A stretch of 19,417 bases of DNA from a virus: the UHGV virus genome UHGV-1532611; one strand, 5' to 3'. The position numbers and the translations under genes were made by a program. Every line of letters begins with the position of its first letter. The stretch's first letter is position 1. Below the pieces are notes generated by a model. It saw only the letters and a program-made list of their open reading frames with translations. It was not told the origin of the DNA and ran no database searches. Shown one piece after another: positions 1-9,600 of this stretch.

Positions 1-91
1 AAATTGAGCCACAGGACGTCGATAAAGGACGGTTTGGGGCGTCATATCGGGAGCTGCGGACCACTTAATCGCAACTTCCTTAGAAGTAACC

Positions 92-817
92 TTGATGGGT
101 CACAACGAACGAACCGTTTATATTCTTGCACATCGTAGCTTTATGACAATGAACGCTGAGGTTATCGATTCCCCTGCTTATAAAGAACTTCTTGCATACG
201 TTAAAGCACCGTTCAGAACAGCTTTGGGAAGAAAGGTTCCTTTAGCGTGGGTGAACGTCGATAGCTCAAACGGTCGAGCAACTAAAACAATCTATCGTTT
301 CTGCTCTCAGTGGACAAACCTGAAAGCAATTAAAGGTGCCAGCTCTGTTGATGCCCCTTATGTTCCAACGAAAATCACGAAAACCGGTGGTTATGAACTT
401 TATATGATTGGTGTAAACCAAGGAAAAAACTTAGTTCGTGAACTGCTAAACAGAAGCGTGAAATCTGGAAATACACCAGTCAGAGTCGAAATCTCTGATG
501 ATGTTCCAGATGATTACTGCGAACAGCTTATGTCCGAAGAATTAAAACGCTCTGGTAATACTGTTAGATGGGTTATTAAACAAGGCGGTGTTCGTAACGA
601 AGGTCTTGACTGCTTTAACTACGGTTATTGCGCGCGTCTGCAAGTTCTAGAGAAAATCAAATTTCACGAGTGGAGGAAACTCGCTGCTAAATCTGATATT
701 GAAATGCCAGAAGAACAAAACGAAACAAATTCTCCTGTTATTCAAACTCATGAACCTCGTCGAAACATTATCAAACGAAACAGACCAGTTAATAAGCCTC
801 GTGGTTTCGGATTATAA
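92..817 (+). CDS. Large terminase subunit, C-terminal region (GpA-like); 5' end is frame-disrupted or cut by the window edge
   Basis: Sits directly upstream of a W-position gene and a lambda-family portal. The C-terminal segment VRNEGLDCFNYGY resembles the conserved RNEALDC-type motif near the C-terminus of GpA-family terminases (recalled from memory, not searched). The first in-frame start is TTG 92 / ATG 95 with no clear SD; in-frame stops lie at 5-7 and 23-25. Confidence 0.6.
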   Translation: MMGHNERTVYILAHRSFMTMNAEVIDSPAYKELLAYVKAPFRTALGRKVPLAWVNVDSSNGRATKTIYRFCSQWTNLKAIKGASSVDAPYVPTKITKTGGYELYMIGVNQGKNLVRELLNRSVKSGNTPVRVEISDDVPDDYCEQLMSEELKRSGNTVRWVIKQGGVRNEGLDCFNYGYCARLQVLEKIKFHEWRKLAAKSDIEMPEEQNETNSPVIQTHEPRRNIIKRNRPVNKPRGFGL

Positions 818-820
818 ATA
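813..820 (+). promoter_or_regulatory. Promoter-like TATAAATA box overlapping the terminase stop, upstream of the 838 gene
   Basis: Exact TATAAATA, 17 nt before ATG 838; member of the recurrent cTAAATAaAg motif family. Confidence 0.3.
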
Positions 821-837
821 TAAGAAAGGAGAACTCA

Positions 838-1332
838 ATGCAAAAATCAAATTCAGAAATTTACATCGGTGAAAAACTCGCTGTTTATAATCCTGAAGGT
901 GCAACAGTCTCCATAGGCTCAACTGAAACTAAATTGTTTTCTCAAACTGATTGTCCAGCGAATATCTCGGTGGACACATCAGATTTTATCGAAGGAACTT
1001 TTTCTGTTGTTGTTCTCTATGAAGGTGCGCTTATCAGTAACAGCATTATCAAAGTGAAATCACCATTCGTTTCAAAAACGAAAAGAGAACAACTCAGAGA
1101 AATGATTAACGATATCGATACAGTTATTCAGTATCGTCTGACAAGTAACGAAGAAGCTATTCAACAAATGAGTATTAACGGTAAATCATTCGTTTATGAA
1201 ACGCTTGATTCGCTGCTTATGGCTCGAAAACGACTTTTAGCTAACTTAGCAAATCTGATTAAGTCAGAACAAATGGCAAACGGTAAATCTCCGATTGTTA
1301 CTATTAAAGCGAGGTTCACGAATCCATCATGA
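838..1332 (+). CDS. Hypothetical protein at the gpW (head-tail joining) position; function uncertain
   Basis: 164-aa ORF with a strong SD (aaaggag, 825-831) before ATG 838. Stop overlaps the portal start (ATGA at 1329-1332). Lies between terminase and portal as gpW does in lambda; the C-terminal half has a loosely gpW-like pattern. The W-like call is weak. Confidence 0.5.
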   Translation: MQKSNSEIYIGEKLAVYNPEGATVSIGSTETKLFSQTDCPANISVDTSDFIEGTFSVVVLYEGALISNSIIKVKSPFVSKTKREQLREMINDIDTVIQYRLTSNEEAIQQMSINGKSFVYETLDSLLMARKRLLANLANLIKSEQMANGKSPIVTIKARFTNPS

Positions 1333-2879
1333 GTATTAGAGATTTTTTCACATTTAAAAAAGCAGAACCGAAAACACGTAAACAGAAACAGAAACTGGTA
1401 ATTGATAACGAGCAAGCATATGGCTCACAGTTACAGCGTATTCTTGGTCCTCGAACTGACCGTTTAGATGGCGACTTTCAAGAGAACCTGATTACGACTG
1501 CAACGATTAATAACGAGATTCGAACTTATGCCGATGGCATTCGTAATATGTCTCGAACTCTTTCGATTAATACACCAGTTGGTAAACGTGCTGTTCAATA
1601 TCAAGTTGATAACGTTATCGGTGAAGGTATTAACCCACAATTGCGTATTCTGGGAACAAACGGAAAGCCAAGCAAGAAACTGAACTCTATGATTATGGAC
1701 CAGTTCAGCTATTGGTCAAGTTCAGCAAAACGTTTCAGTAAAAATGAAAGAATGAACTGGCGCAGATTTCAAGAACTCGTTGAACGTTCAAGATTTGTTG
1801 ACGGCGAGGTTTTTATTCGTATTCACGAATCTGATACTGAATTTAAGCTTGAAATTATCGAAGCTTCACGCTGTAAATTTGGCGACAGAGAAACCTCCGA
1901 CAACGGTTATGTTCTTGATGGTATCGAATATAATAACGATGATGTTCCAGTTCGTTACTGGTTTAACACAATAAGCAAAGCAACACAGACTTCATCTGGT
2001 AAATCTGAAGGTATCGACGCTGAAAATATTATTCACTATTACAGAGAATTGTTCCCTGATCAACGCAGAGGCATTCCTGAATGTGTAGCGAATATTGATG
2101 TTATGAACCAATATGATGCTTTCACAAAAGCAACGTTGATTCAGAAACGCGCCGCAGCAAGCTCTATGGGTTTCATCACTCAAGACAAAGACGGTCAAGA
2201 TAATATCGAAATTGATAGCGATAACGAAGGCATTGAAGAATCTCCTGATGTTATTCAAAACTTTGAATCAGGGACAATTCATAAACTTCCTGCTGGTTAC
2301 GATATAAAGCAGTTTAGCTCTACTCAGGGCGGTGACGACTTTATGAACTTCACGAATCGTCTGGAAGACCTGCTTGCTATGGGTTACGGTTTTTACAAAC
2401 AAGGTTGGAAAGGTGACACAGCAAATATTAACTATTCTGCTGCCCGCTTCGGTGATCTTGCACAACGCGTAATGTTTAAATCAGTTCAGCGTAATATTAA
2501 AGAACAGGTTTTTGATGTTATTTTTGAACGTTGGTTACAATGGTCAATTATCAGAGAAACCGTTAATTTGAAAATGACAACTATTCCTTCAGTTCTTCGT
2601 CAGACTGTTTGGACATATCCTCAATGGCAAAGTATCGACCCAATTAAAGATACTCAGAAGGATATTTTTGATGTTGAAAACGGATTCAAATCTGCTTCTG
2701 ATATTATTATTGCTCGCGGTGAAGACCCGGATATTGTATTTGCTCAGGTTGAACAAGAAAGAACTCGTTATGTTCCGAAATACGATAATCAAATTAAAGT
2801 TGCTGCTGCACCTGCTGCATTAACGGCTGATGCTCAAGTGGAAGTTGCTGAAATTAATTCGGATAACTCGGTGGAATAA
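1329..2879 (+). CDS. Portal protein (lambda gpB family)
   Basis: 516 aa, immediately after the terminase/W-position genes. Several blocks align in pattern with lambda gpB as remembered (for example RFQELVERSRFVDGEVFIRI and GDDFMNFTNRLEDLLAMGYGF). The size fits the family. Confidence 0.85.
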   Translation: MSIRDFFTFKKAEPKTRKQKQKLVIDNEQAYGSQLQRILGPRTDRLDGDFQENLITTATINNEIRTYADGIRNMSRTLSINTPVGKRAVQYQVDNVIGEGINPQLRILGTNGKPSKKLNSMIMDQFSYWSSSAKRFSKNERMNWRRFQELVERSRFVDGEVFIRIHESDTEFKLEIIEASRCKFGDRETSDNGYVLDGIEYNNDDVPVRYWFNTISKATQTSSGKSEGIDAENIIHYYRELFPDQRRGIPECVANIDVMNQYDAFTKATLIQKRAAASSMGFITQDKDGQDNIEIDSDNEGIEESPDVIQNFESGTIHKLPAGYDIKQFSSTQGGDDFMNFTNRLEDLLAMGYGFYKQGWKGDTANINYSAARFGDLAQRVMFKSVQRNIKEQVFDVIFERWLQWSIIRETVNLKMTTIPSVLRQTVWTYPQWQSIDPIKDTQKDIFDVENGFKSASDIIIARGEDPDIVFAQVEQERTRYVPKYDNQIKVAAAPAALTADAQVEVAEINSDNSVE

Positions 2880-2880
2880 C

Positions 2881-2890
2881 ACTAAATACA
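2881..2890 (+). promoter_or_regulatory. Promoter-like motif actaaataca upstream of the capsid fusion gene
   Basis: Member of the recurrent intergenic motif family; the same 10-mer recurs inside the gene at 3427-3436. Confidence 0.3.
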
Positions 2891-2904
2891 TTCAGAAAAA
2901 CAAA

Positions 2905-2922
2905 GAGCGTCGAAAGACGCTC
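2905..2922 (+). promoter_or_regulatory. Stable GNRA hairpin in the 5' leader of the capsid fusion gene (not a terminator)
   Basis: gagcgtc-gaaa-gacgctc: perfect 7-bp stem with a GAAA loop, 16 nt upstream of ATG 2939, with no following U-tract. Confidence 0.35.
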
Positions 2923-2938
2923 CAACAGAGGACTGGTA

Positions 2939-4843
2939 ATGCTAAAACTTAAGCGCGATTACACAGTTCAGGGTATTGATTCTGTTGATGGTGTTTTTGA
3001 AATTGCGTTCAGTTCTGAAACTCCTGTTGAAAGACAGATTCAGGATGAATACGGTCAAAACATTACTGTTAATGAAATTCTCGTTCATGACGGCTCACAT
3101 AACGCTGACTTGACCCGAATTAATAACGGTGCTGCTTTGCTGTTTAACCATGATTTTGATAAACACTTGGGAATCGTTATTCCTGATTCTGTTCGAATCG
3201 ATGAAGACAAAATAGGACGAGCAAAAGTCCAATTCAGTCAACACGGTGAATTAGCTAAAGAAATCGGTGCAAAAGTTCAAGAAGGAACAATTAGTAAAAT
3301 CTCTTTCGGATATGACATTAATGAATATCACTTAGAAGGCGACAATCTTATTGTTACGAAATGGGCACCATATGAAATTTCTTTCGTCACTGTTCCTGCT
3401 GACGATAAAGTCGGTTTGGGAAGACTACTAAATACAGATACAACAAACAAACTTAACAAAGGTACTCGAATGAAACGTATTGATGAAATGACTAAAGATG
3501 AACTGGCAGAAATGACTATCGATGAAATTGAAATGCTGTCCGATGAAGATCGTGCAAAGCGTGAAGAAATTCTGGAAGAAGTAGTCGTTGAAAATGAAAA
3601 CGCTGGTGATTCTGCTGTTGAAAAAACTGATGACGCTCCTGCTGCTGTTCCTGCTGGTGACGAACTGACAGAAGAAGAACGCGAAGAAGAAGCGGAAGAA
3701 ATTCTTGAAATCGCACAACGCTACAAAGTAGCACAGAAAGACGTTGCAAGCGCTATCGCTAAAGGCATGACCGCACGTCAATTCAAACGCTCTATTAAAC
3801 CTAATAAATCTGCAACGGTGATTCGCAACATGACTAAAGATACTAAACAAACTCTGGAAAATAAATTCGACCTTGGCGATGCTGTTCGCTCTATGATGAA
3901 TGGTAAAGCTGTTCGCGGTGCTGCTGCTGAATATACTCAAGAAATGTCCCGTAAGCGTCTGATGCGCGGTGCTAACGTTTCTCAAGGTATCTATATGCCA
4001 GTTAGTGCTCTGCAAGGCAAACGCGCTATTAACACTGTATCAACTGTTTCCGCAGTACAAGAAACTGTTCAGCGTTATGATTCATTCGTTGAAATGCTGT
4101 TGAAAGACACTGTTGCTGATAAGCTGGGAGTTAACTTCCTGACTGGTCTGACTACTCCGATTTCTGTTCCTAAGCAGACAAAATCAAGTGTTGATGCATT
4201 CGGTTTCGTTGATGAAAACGGTGAATCTCCAGAAGGCGAAAGCAAATTCGAAAACATTCAGTTTATGCCTAAGACATTTACTGGTGGTAACCCGATTTCT
4301 CGTCAAGCTCTGTTGACTCTGCCTAATCTGGGTGCGTTCATTTCTGACCATATCGTGAATTTCTCACGCGCTAAACTGGAAGGTCTGATGTTCGGTTCTA
4401 TTACCGACGCAAAAGCTCCTCAGTCTATCGTTGCTCAGTTAGTAGCAAAACAGATGGGAATGACCTACAAAGAATTCGTTGTTGAAGCTGCTAAAGCTAA
4501 AGGCGACGGCGTAGCAATGGACAAGTTCAAATATTTGATGGCTGCTGCTCTTGAAGGTGATTTGAAAACCACTCTGCGTGACGCTGGTGTTGCTGGTTAT
4601 ATCATCGACGACCTGAACAAACTGGGCGGACATGATGTTATCGGTTCCGGTCTTGTTAAAGAAGGTCAGGTTATCTCTGGTGACTTCTCTGCTGTAACCG
4701 TAGCTGAGTGGGAAGGTCTTGCTCTTGACCTAGACGACACAACTTACCGTAACAAAGGCGCTATCGTTCCTCGCGTTTGGGCTGATATCGATTGGAAAGT
4801 TTGTGCTGATGATCGTCTGTTCCTGCACGAAAAACAAGCCTAA
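2939..4843 (+). CDS. Prohead protease - scaffold (delta-like) - major capsid protein fusion
   Basis: 634-aa continuous ORF. Residues 1-170 have the HK97-type prohead protease (S78/U35) pattern (NHDFDKHLG, ISFGYD, EISFVTVPADD). Residues about 175-290 are acidic and helical (EEEREEEAEEILE), like a scaffold or delta domain. The C-terminal ~350 aa are of major-capsid size and composition. A terminator follows the gene. Confidence 0.8.
   Translation: MLKLKRDYTVQGIDSVDGVFEIAFSSETPVERQIQDEYGQNITVNEILVHDGSHNADLTRINNGAALLFNHDFDKHLGIVIPDSVRIDEDKIGRAKVQFSQHGELAKEIGAKVQEGTISKISFGYDINEYHLEGDNLIVTKWAPYEISFVTVPADDKVGLGRLLNTDTTNKLNKGTRMKRIDEMTKDELAEMTIDEIEMLSDEDRAKREEILEEVVVENENAGDSAVEKTDDAPAAVPAGDELTEEEREEEAEEILEIAQRYKVAQKDVASAIAKGMTARQFKRSIKPNKSATVIRNMTKDTKQTLENKFDLGDAVRSMMNGKAVRGAAAEYTQEMSRKRLMRGANVSQGIYMPVSALQGKRAINTVSTVSAVQETVQRYDSFVEMLLKDTVADKLGVNFLTGLTTPISVPKQTKSSVDAFGFVDENGESPEGESKFENIQFMPKTFTGGNPISRQALLTLPNLGAFISDHIVNFSRAKLEGLMFGSITDAKAPQSIVAQLVAKQMGMTYKEFVVEAAKAKGDGVAMDKFKYLMAAALEGDLKTTLRDAGVAGYIIDDLNKLGGHDVIGSGLVKEGQVISGDFSAVTVAEWEGLALDLDDTTYRNKGAIVPRVWADIDWKVCADDRLFLHEKQA
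3427..3436 (+). promoter_or_regulatory. Internal copy of actaaataca, 33 nt upstream of the in-frame ATG at 3470
   Basis: Identical 10-mer to 2881-2890; followed by an SD-like aaaggta (3457-3463) and ATG 3470 (Met178 of the fusion ORF). Confidence 0.3.
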
Positions 4844-4844
4844 G

Positions 4845-4874
4845 AAAAGCAAAAGCAAAAGCGAAAGCGAAAGC
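4845..4874 (+). repeat. Tandem hexanucleotide repeat (RAAAGC x5) just after the capsid gene stop
   Basis: aaaagc aaaagc aaaagc gaaagc gaaagc, starting 2 nt after the TAA at 4841-4843 and ending 20 nt before the terminator. Confidence 0.6.
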
Positions 4875-4894
4875 TGAAACTGCTGAATAATCAG

Positions 4895-4920
4895 AGGACT
4901 CCTTCGGGAGTCCTTTTTTC
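4895..4920 (+). terminator. Intrinsic terminator after the capsid gene
   Basis: 8-bp stem aggactcc / ggagtcct around a UUCG tetraloop, followed by a run of six T. Confidence 0.75.
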
Positions 4921-4929
4921 GTTTCTGGA

Positions 4930-4940
4930 CTAAATATAAT
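4930..4940 (+). promoter_or_regulatory. Promoter-like motif ctaaatataat upstream of the 4955 gene
   Basis: Immediately downstream of the capsid terminator; also contains a TATAAT hexamer. Confidence 0.3.
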
Positions 4941-4954
4941 AAAAAGGAGACAAC

Positions 4955-5251
4955 ATGATTTTTCCATATTCAGAAAAACAAAAACAGTCTTTCTTAACTC
5001 GTTTCGGACAGAAAATCAAAATTAACGATTCTGATGAACTCGGTATTGTTGAAATTGAGATTAACAACGATAACGGACAAGTAAGCGAGACAATCTATAT
5101 AACCGCTGATATCAATAAAGTTAAGCAAGAAGATGAAGTTCTATTAAACGAGATTCTGTATACCATTGCGTATCTTGTTAATGATGGTTCAGGACTTGCT
5201 AATTGTTATCTGGCATTTAAAGGCGAACAGGAGACATCATTCTATGACTAA
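4955..5251 (+). CDS. Hypothetical protein at the head-tail connector / head completion position
   Basis: 98-aa ORF with a strong SD (aaaaaggaga, 4941-4950). Lies between the capsid gene and the U-like gene. Function assigned from position only. Confidence 0.55.
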   Translation: MIFPYSEKQKQSFLTRFGQKIKINDSDELGIVEIEINNDNGQVSETIYITADINKVKQEDEVLLNEILYTIAYLVNDGSGLANCYLAFKGEQETSFYD

Positions 5252-5642
5252 TCTGCCACGTTTAGGAATTAAACGCGCTCTGGAAGAAATAATCGTTAAA
5301 GAACTTAATCTGAAATACGTCAAAAACGCTTTCACAACTGGTGTTAAAGAACCTGTTCAAGTAATGATTCCAGGAATGACAGAAGAATATACGCGAATCG
5401 GTTTGCAATCGAAACTTGCAAGTGTTCTTAGTATTACGATTGATATTTTCTCAGAGAAAAGCGAAACAGGCGTTCACAAAGCCGTTTACGACTTAATTTC
5501 TATTAAAGCTAATCATGAAAAACTTATCCCATTTAAAATCGATAAGATTTATCCAAGTTCGAGCTTCACTGATTATGATAGTGAAGCATCAAATGGTCAT
5601 GTTAGCGCACAAATAATTTTAACTTTCGAATACTTAATGTGA
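5244..5642 (+). CDS. Tail terminator protein (lambda gpU-like)
   Basis: Start chosen at ATG 5244 (SD aggaga at 5229-5234), which overlaps the stop of the upstream gene (ATGACTAA); the ORF track begins this frame at 5166. The product is 132 aa, like gpU (131 aa), and its C-terminus ILTFEYLM resembles gpU's VITYEM. Confidence 0.65.
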   Translation: MTNLPRLGIKRALEEIIVKELNLKYVKNAFTTGVKEPVQVMIPGMTEEYTRIGLQSKLASVLSITIDIFSEKSETGVHKAVYDLISIKANHEKLIPFKIDKIYPSSSFTDYDSEASNGHVSAQIILTFEYLM

Positions 5643-5649
5643 GACTAAA

Positions 5650-6675
5650 ATGACAAACGATATTTTTGTAGGAAATAACGTCAGAGTTTCAGTTAATCCG
5701 CTAATCGTTGAAATCCCAGGATATAACGACCCAGGTTATGTAAGCACTGATAAACTGGCTGCATTCCCTGTTATCGGATTTAGAAAAGAAGTTCAGACAC
5801 TAGAAGATTACAGAACCGATTTCACAACGAAACTTTCAGGTGACGTAACAATTAACGACACTTCAATAAGCTTATTTGAAGACAGTTCTGACCCAGTTTA
5901 TCAGTTGCTTGATGAAGCTCTTATGGAAAAGAAACTCCTTAGATTCAGAAGTCTTTATGTTATCGATGGAGAAACAAAGAAAGATAATGATGCTGGTCTT
6001 TATCATATTTTTAATGCTTATGTAACGAAGAAAGAAACATCAGGTTCGGCTAACTCAGTCGTTACAACAACTTTTAATCTTTCTCCTGATGGTCAGTTGT
6101 TTACAGGTTTTGCTGAATTCTCAGTTCCGTTAAACGTTGGCGATTATGGTATTGGTGCTGGTACAGAAGAAATCGCAGGCGTTAAAGACTTAGGATTATT
6201 AACTGGTAACAGATGTGTAACAGTCGATGCAACAAACAGCGATAACCCTTATAACTCTGGCACGTCTGCTATGGCTATTCAGCATCCTGATGGTCAAGGT
6301 TGGGAGCTTATTGGTTCGTCAGTCGGTAATCCAAGCATCAGAATCAGAAACAAACAACAAAGCGGTGAAACTGTTACTGAATCTCCGTGGGTCAAAGTCT
6401 ATACAGAACTTGAACGTCCAACTCCTGAAGATATTAATGCTTTGCCTATTACTGGTGGAGAACTCAAAGGATCTTTGACTATTCAGGAATATCTGAACGT
6501 TCGTAAAAAGATTTCTGCGCCACAAGGTGAAATCTTGGCTCTAAATAGTAATGAAATTAACTCAACTTCTGTCAAGGTCAAAGGCAAAGAAGTCTATTCT
6601 CCAAGTAATAAACCAACGCCATTAGAGATTAATTGTGTAGCGTTAGGAGAAACCTTAGACGCAGGAGTATTTTAA
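5650..6675 (+). CDS. Major tail (tube) protein, gpV-like N-domain plus a ~180-aa C-terminal extension
   Basis: Directly follows the U-like gene as V does in lambda. The N-terminal ~160 aa are paralogous to the 9833-10309 product (AFP..G..EV.T......KL.G......D shared). The C-terminal half is Ser/Thr/Gly-rich, consistent with an Ig-like decoration domain as in gpV. Confidence 0.65.
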   Translation: MTNDIFVGNNVRVSVNPLIVEIPGYNDPGYVSTDKLAAFPVIGFRKEVQTLEDYRTDFTTKLSGDVTINDTSISLFEDSSDPVYQLLDEALMEKKLLRFRSLYVIDGETKKDNDAGLYHIFNAYVTKKETSGSANSVVTTTFNLSPDGQLFTGFAEFSVPLNVGDYGIGAGTEEIAGVKDLGLLTGNRCVTVDATNSDNPYNSGTSAMAIQHPDGQGWELIGSSVGNPSIRIRNKQQSGETVTESPWVKVYTELERPTPEDINALPITGGELKGSLTIQEYLNVRKKISAPQGEILALNSNEINSTSVKVKGKEVYSPSNKPTPLEINCVALGETLDAGVF

Positions 6676-6687
6676 CGGATAAAGAAA

Positions 6688-9600
6688 ATGGCAAATAATA
6701 AAGTTAAACATTATAGAACAGACGTCGCCGGAAGAAAGCCAGAAGCGAAAAACATGCTTGATGGTGAAATCGCTATTAACTTAGCCGATAAAAAGATTTT
6801 TACTAAATTCGGTGACGCTGTTATTAACATCGGTAATGGTGCTGATGCTGTTGTTGAAGGCGGTCAGACCTTTACTGGAAAAATTAAAGCAAGTGATATT
6901 GAATCCGATTCTAATCTGACTTTAAAAAATCTTGATAAAAGCGATATTGTTTTTGCTGATGAACACGACAAAGCAAAAGCACGTATTAGTTCTCCTGCTC
7001 AGACAGACTCTAAAGGTGAACTTCGTGTTACGGTAGCGAAAGGAAAAGGTACAGGAGAGAGTTCTGACTTCGTGCTTAACGGTAATGGTCAGTTATCTTT
7101 GCCTGCTGCTCCTGTTGCTCCTGATAGCGCTACGCGTAAAGATTACGTTGATTCTGAAATCAGCAAAGTTCAAACAGGTTCAAGTGCTGACCTGACGAAA
7201 CTCGAACAGAAAGTTGATGCTAACGACGCTGCTATTAACACTCGCGTTGATAATCTGAATTCAAAAGTTGACCAGAACGACACGGCTATTAATACGAAAG
7301 TTGATGCGAATAAAGCTGATGCTGACGAAAAGATTAAAGCAGTTAATGACCGTTTGACTGTTGATAATCAGACTCTGAAAGACATGATTGACACCAAAGT
7401 TAATAAAGCTGGCGACACGATGACTGGCGACTTAACTGTTCCTTCTGTTCATGCTGCTGGTAATGTATACGCAGGAACTTTGAAAGTTACACCTGCTGGT
7501 AATAACGGTGATGTTCTGAGTATTGAAAACCACGGCAGAACTTCAAAGACTATTCATCAAATTGCATACGCAACGGATACGGATGATCGACTGTTATTTC
7601 GTCGTGATGCTAACGAAGGAACCGACGCATTAGATCTAATGACCATGACTTGGGGAAAAACAGGCAGAGGAATGTCAATTGATATTTCAGGTCAAGCTAG
7701 AATCACTGATGCAGTAACAACTCCTTTAATGTCCGTTGCAAGCAACTTTGCCGTTGGAAATTCACTGGGTTTAAACTCTATCGCGATTGGTGATTCCGAC
7801 ACTGGTTTTAAATGGAGAGAAGACGGATGGTTAAACTTCTATTCAAATAACGTTGTAACAGCTTCTATTGCAGGATCTGAAAACTACTTTAATAGAAAAA
7901 CTCATTTCCGTTTCAGAAGTGATGATGGTGATTCGAATCTGATGGCTCCTGAAGGTTATTCATTAATTAATATCGATACGACAACCGACGGTAATAACAT
8001 TGGTGACGCCACGACTTATTTCGGATTAGTTAATGGTGGAAAATATAATCATTATCTGAGAGGTTCAGGCAGAACTTATATTGATACTAAAGAAGGTCTT
8101 GGTGTTGCTGGCCCTGCAAGTTTCTATAAAACGATTTATAATAATAAGCCTTACGGATGGTATGACTCGGAAAGCTTACCCGACTGGAACACTCCTGAGC
8201 AACAATCAAATCATTTAAGAAAAGTTAGAGCCGTTGGTGCTGGATCCATTTATCATGAGTTGGCAATGGCTAATCATCCTGACGATAGGCTGGATAACTC
8301 TATATGTTGGTTTCATGGTGATACTCCTGAATATTGGATGGGTTCATTAAACACCAATGGTCGATTGAATCTTGCAAGTGGTGTTTCTGTCAACGGCGAA
8401 TCTAATGCTATTCAGTTGAATATTCCTGCGTCGAATCAGGCAAGTTATATGTCTGGCAATATGGACGGTCGCAATAATACCTGGATTCTTGGCAAGACAA
8501 GTGAGAATCTCGATATTGTCTGGTCTCAGAATATGAGAAATGATTTCTCTACGTCATCTGGTGTTACTCTTAGAACTAACGGATCCGTGACGGTTCAGAC
8601 TGGTACTAATACCGCGATGGATATTCAGCATAATACAATTCAAATTGATGGTGCAAGATGGGCAGCAACCAATGATCATGCTTACGCTAATCAATGGAGA
8701 CAAAATGCTCCTATGCAGATTAACTTCGGAGCAGTTGCTGGTGAAAGTGATTATTATCCCGGATATTCGATGAACTCTGTTTCCGTAGGACACGGATTCT
8801 CTACTGTTGTTGAATTAGGAACTATTAGAGGACCAGCTAATTCATGGGGCAAAGGAATTCTTCGTGTTGGGACGAAAGAAGAATCGACGTTCGGTAAAAT
8901 GGCTAATTATGAATTTGATATCGATGGTCGTTTTGCTGTTCCTGGAAAAATTAATACTCCTTCTGTTGAAACAAATCGTTTAACAAGTTTTGGTATTAAC
9001 ACGGACAACGTACTAGGTGGAAACTCAATCGCGTTTGGTGATAACGATACAGGTATTCGACAAGTTACGGACGGAAACTTAAGCATTTTTACTAATGGTA
9101 TTCAAATCGCAACCTTTAACACAGCTGGTTTGACAATTGATCGGTCAATTACGATTAACACCCATAATGAGTCTCGCGGTGTTTATGTTGGAAACGTTAG
9201 AACCGGGGCAAGCAATGCGATGATTCAAGGTGTCGTTGACGGTTGGCCGCAGTGGTCAGCGTGGCGTGATCGTCCTGCGGGAATGATTGTTGAAGCTCAG
9301 ACTCGTGATAAATGTATTAATATCTGGAAACATGTTCATTGGGGCACAGAATACGGTGCTGCGATGGACATTTATAATCCGGGTAGTTCTGCTCCCGAGG
9401 CTGCACTTCACATTGGTGGTGCAGACTATCTATTCCTCGGTAATGGAACAGCAAATGCGATCCAATGGGTTAGCACTTCTGATAAACGTCTGAAATCGAA
9501 CTTTGAAGAAATTGAAAACGCAGTTGATAAAGTCGAGAAACTTACTGGTTACGTATACGATAAGAAATCTGATTTAGTCAAAACTGAATATTCATTCGAA

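Noticed and set aside
3795-3807. 13-mer cctaataaatctg shared between the capsid gene (3795-3807) and the J-like gene (12238-12250)
   Set aside because: Both copies are in-frame coding sequence for a PNKS peptide in unrelated contexts. Most likely a chance match in AT-rich sequence.
3428-4015. Minus-strand ORFs inside the capsid gene (3428-4015, 3516-3749, 4075-4257, 4439-4633)
   Set aside because: They lie antisense within a well-supported + strand gene, have low-complexity Phe/Cys/Ser-rich or Gln/Leu-rich translations and no start signals. They are likely by-products of codon bias on the opposite strand.
4841-4933. Stop-codon readthrough extension of the capsid protein as an annotated feature
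   Set aside because: TAA is an efficient stop and there is no evidence for readthrough. Kept only as a low-interest hypothesis in the findings, not as a feature.
4761-4967. Minus-strand ORF with an AFAFAFAFAF stretch
   Set aside because: It is the reverse-complement reading of the RAAAGC hexamer repeat and terminator region, not a gene.
5166-5243. Upstream extension of the U-like ORF to 5166, as listed in the ORF track
   Set aside because: The extension overlaps the preceding gene by 86 nt. ATG 5244 has a proper SD and gives a 132-aa protein matching gpU in length, so the shorter ORF is preferred.
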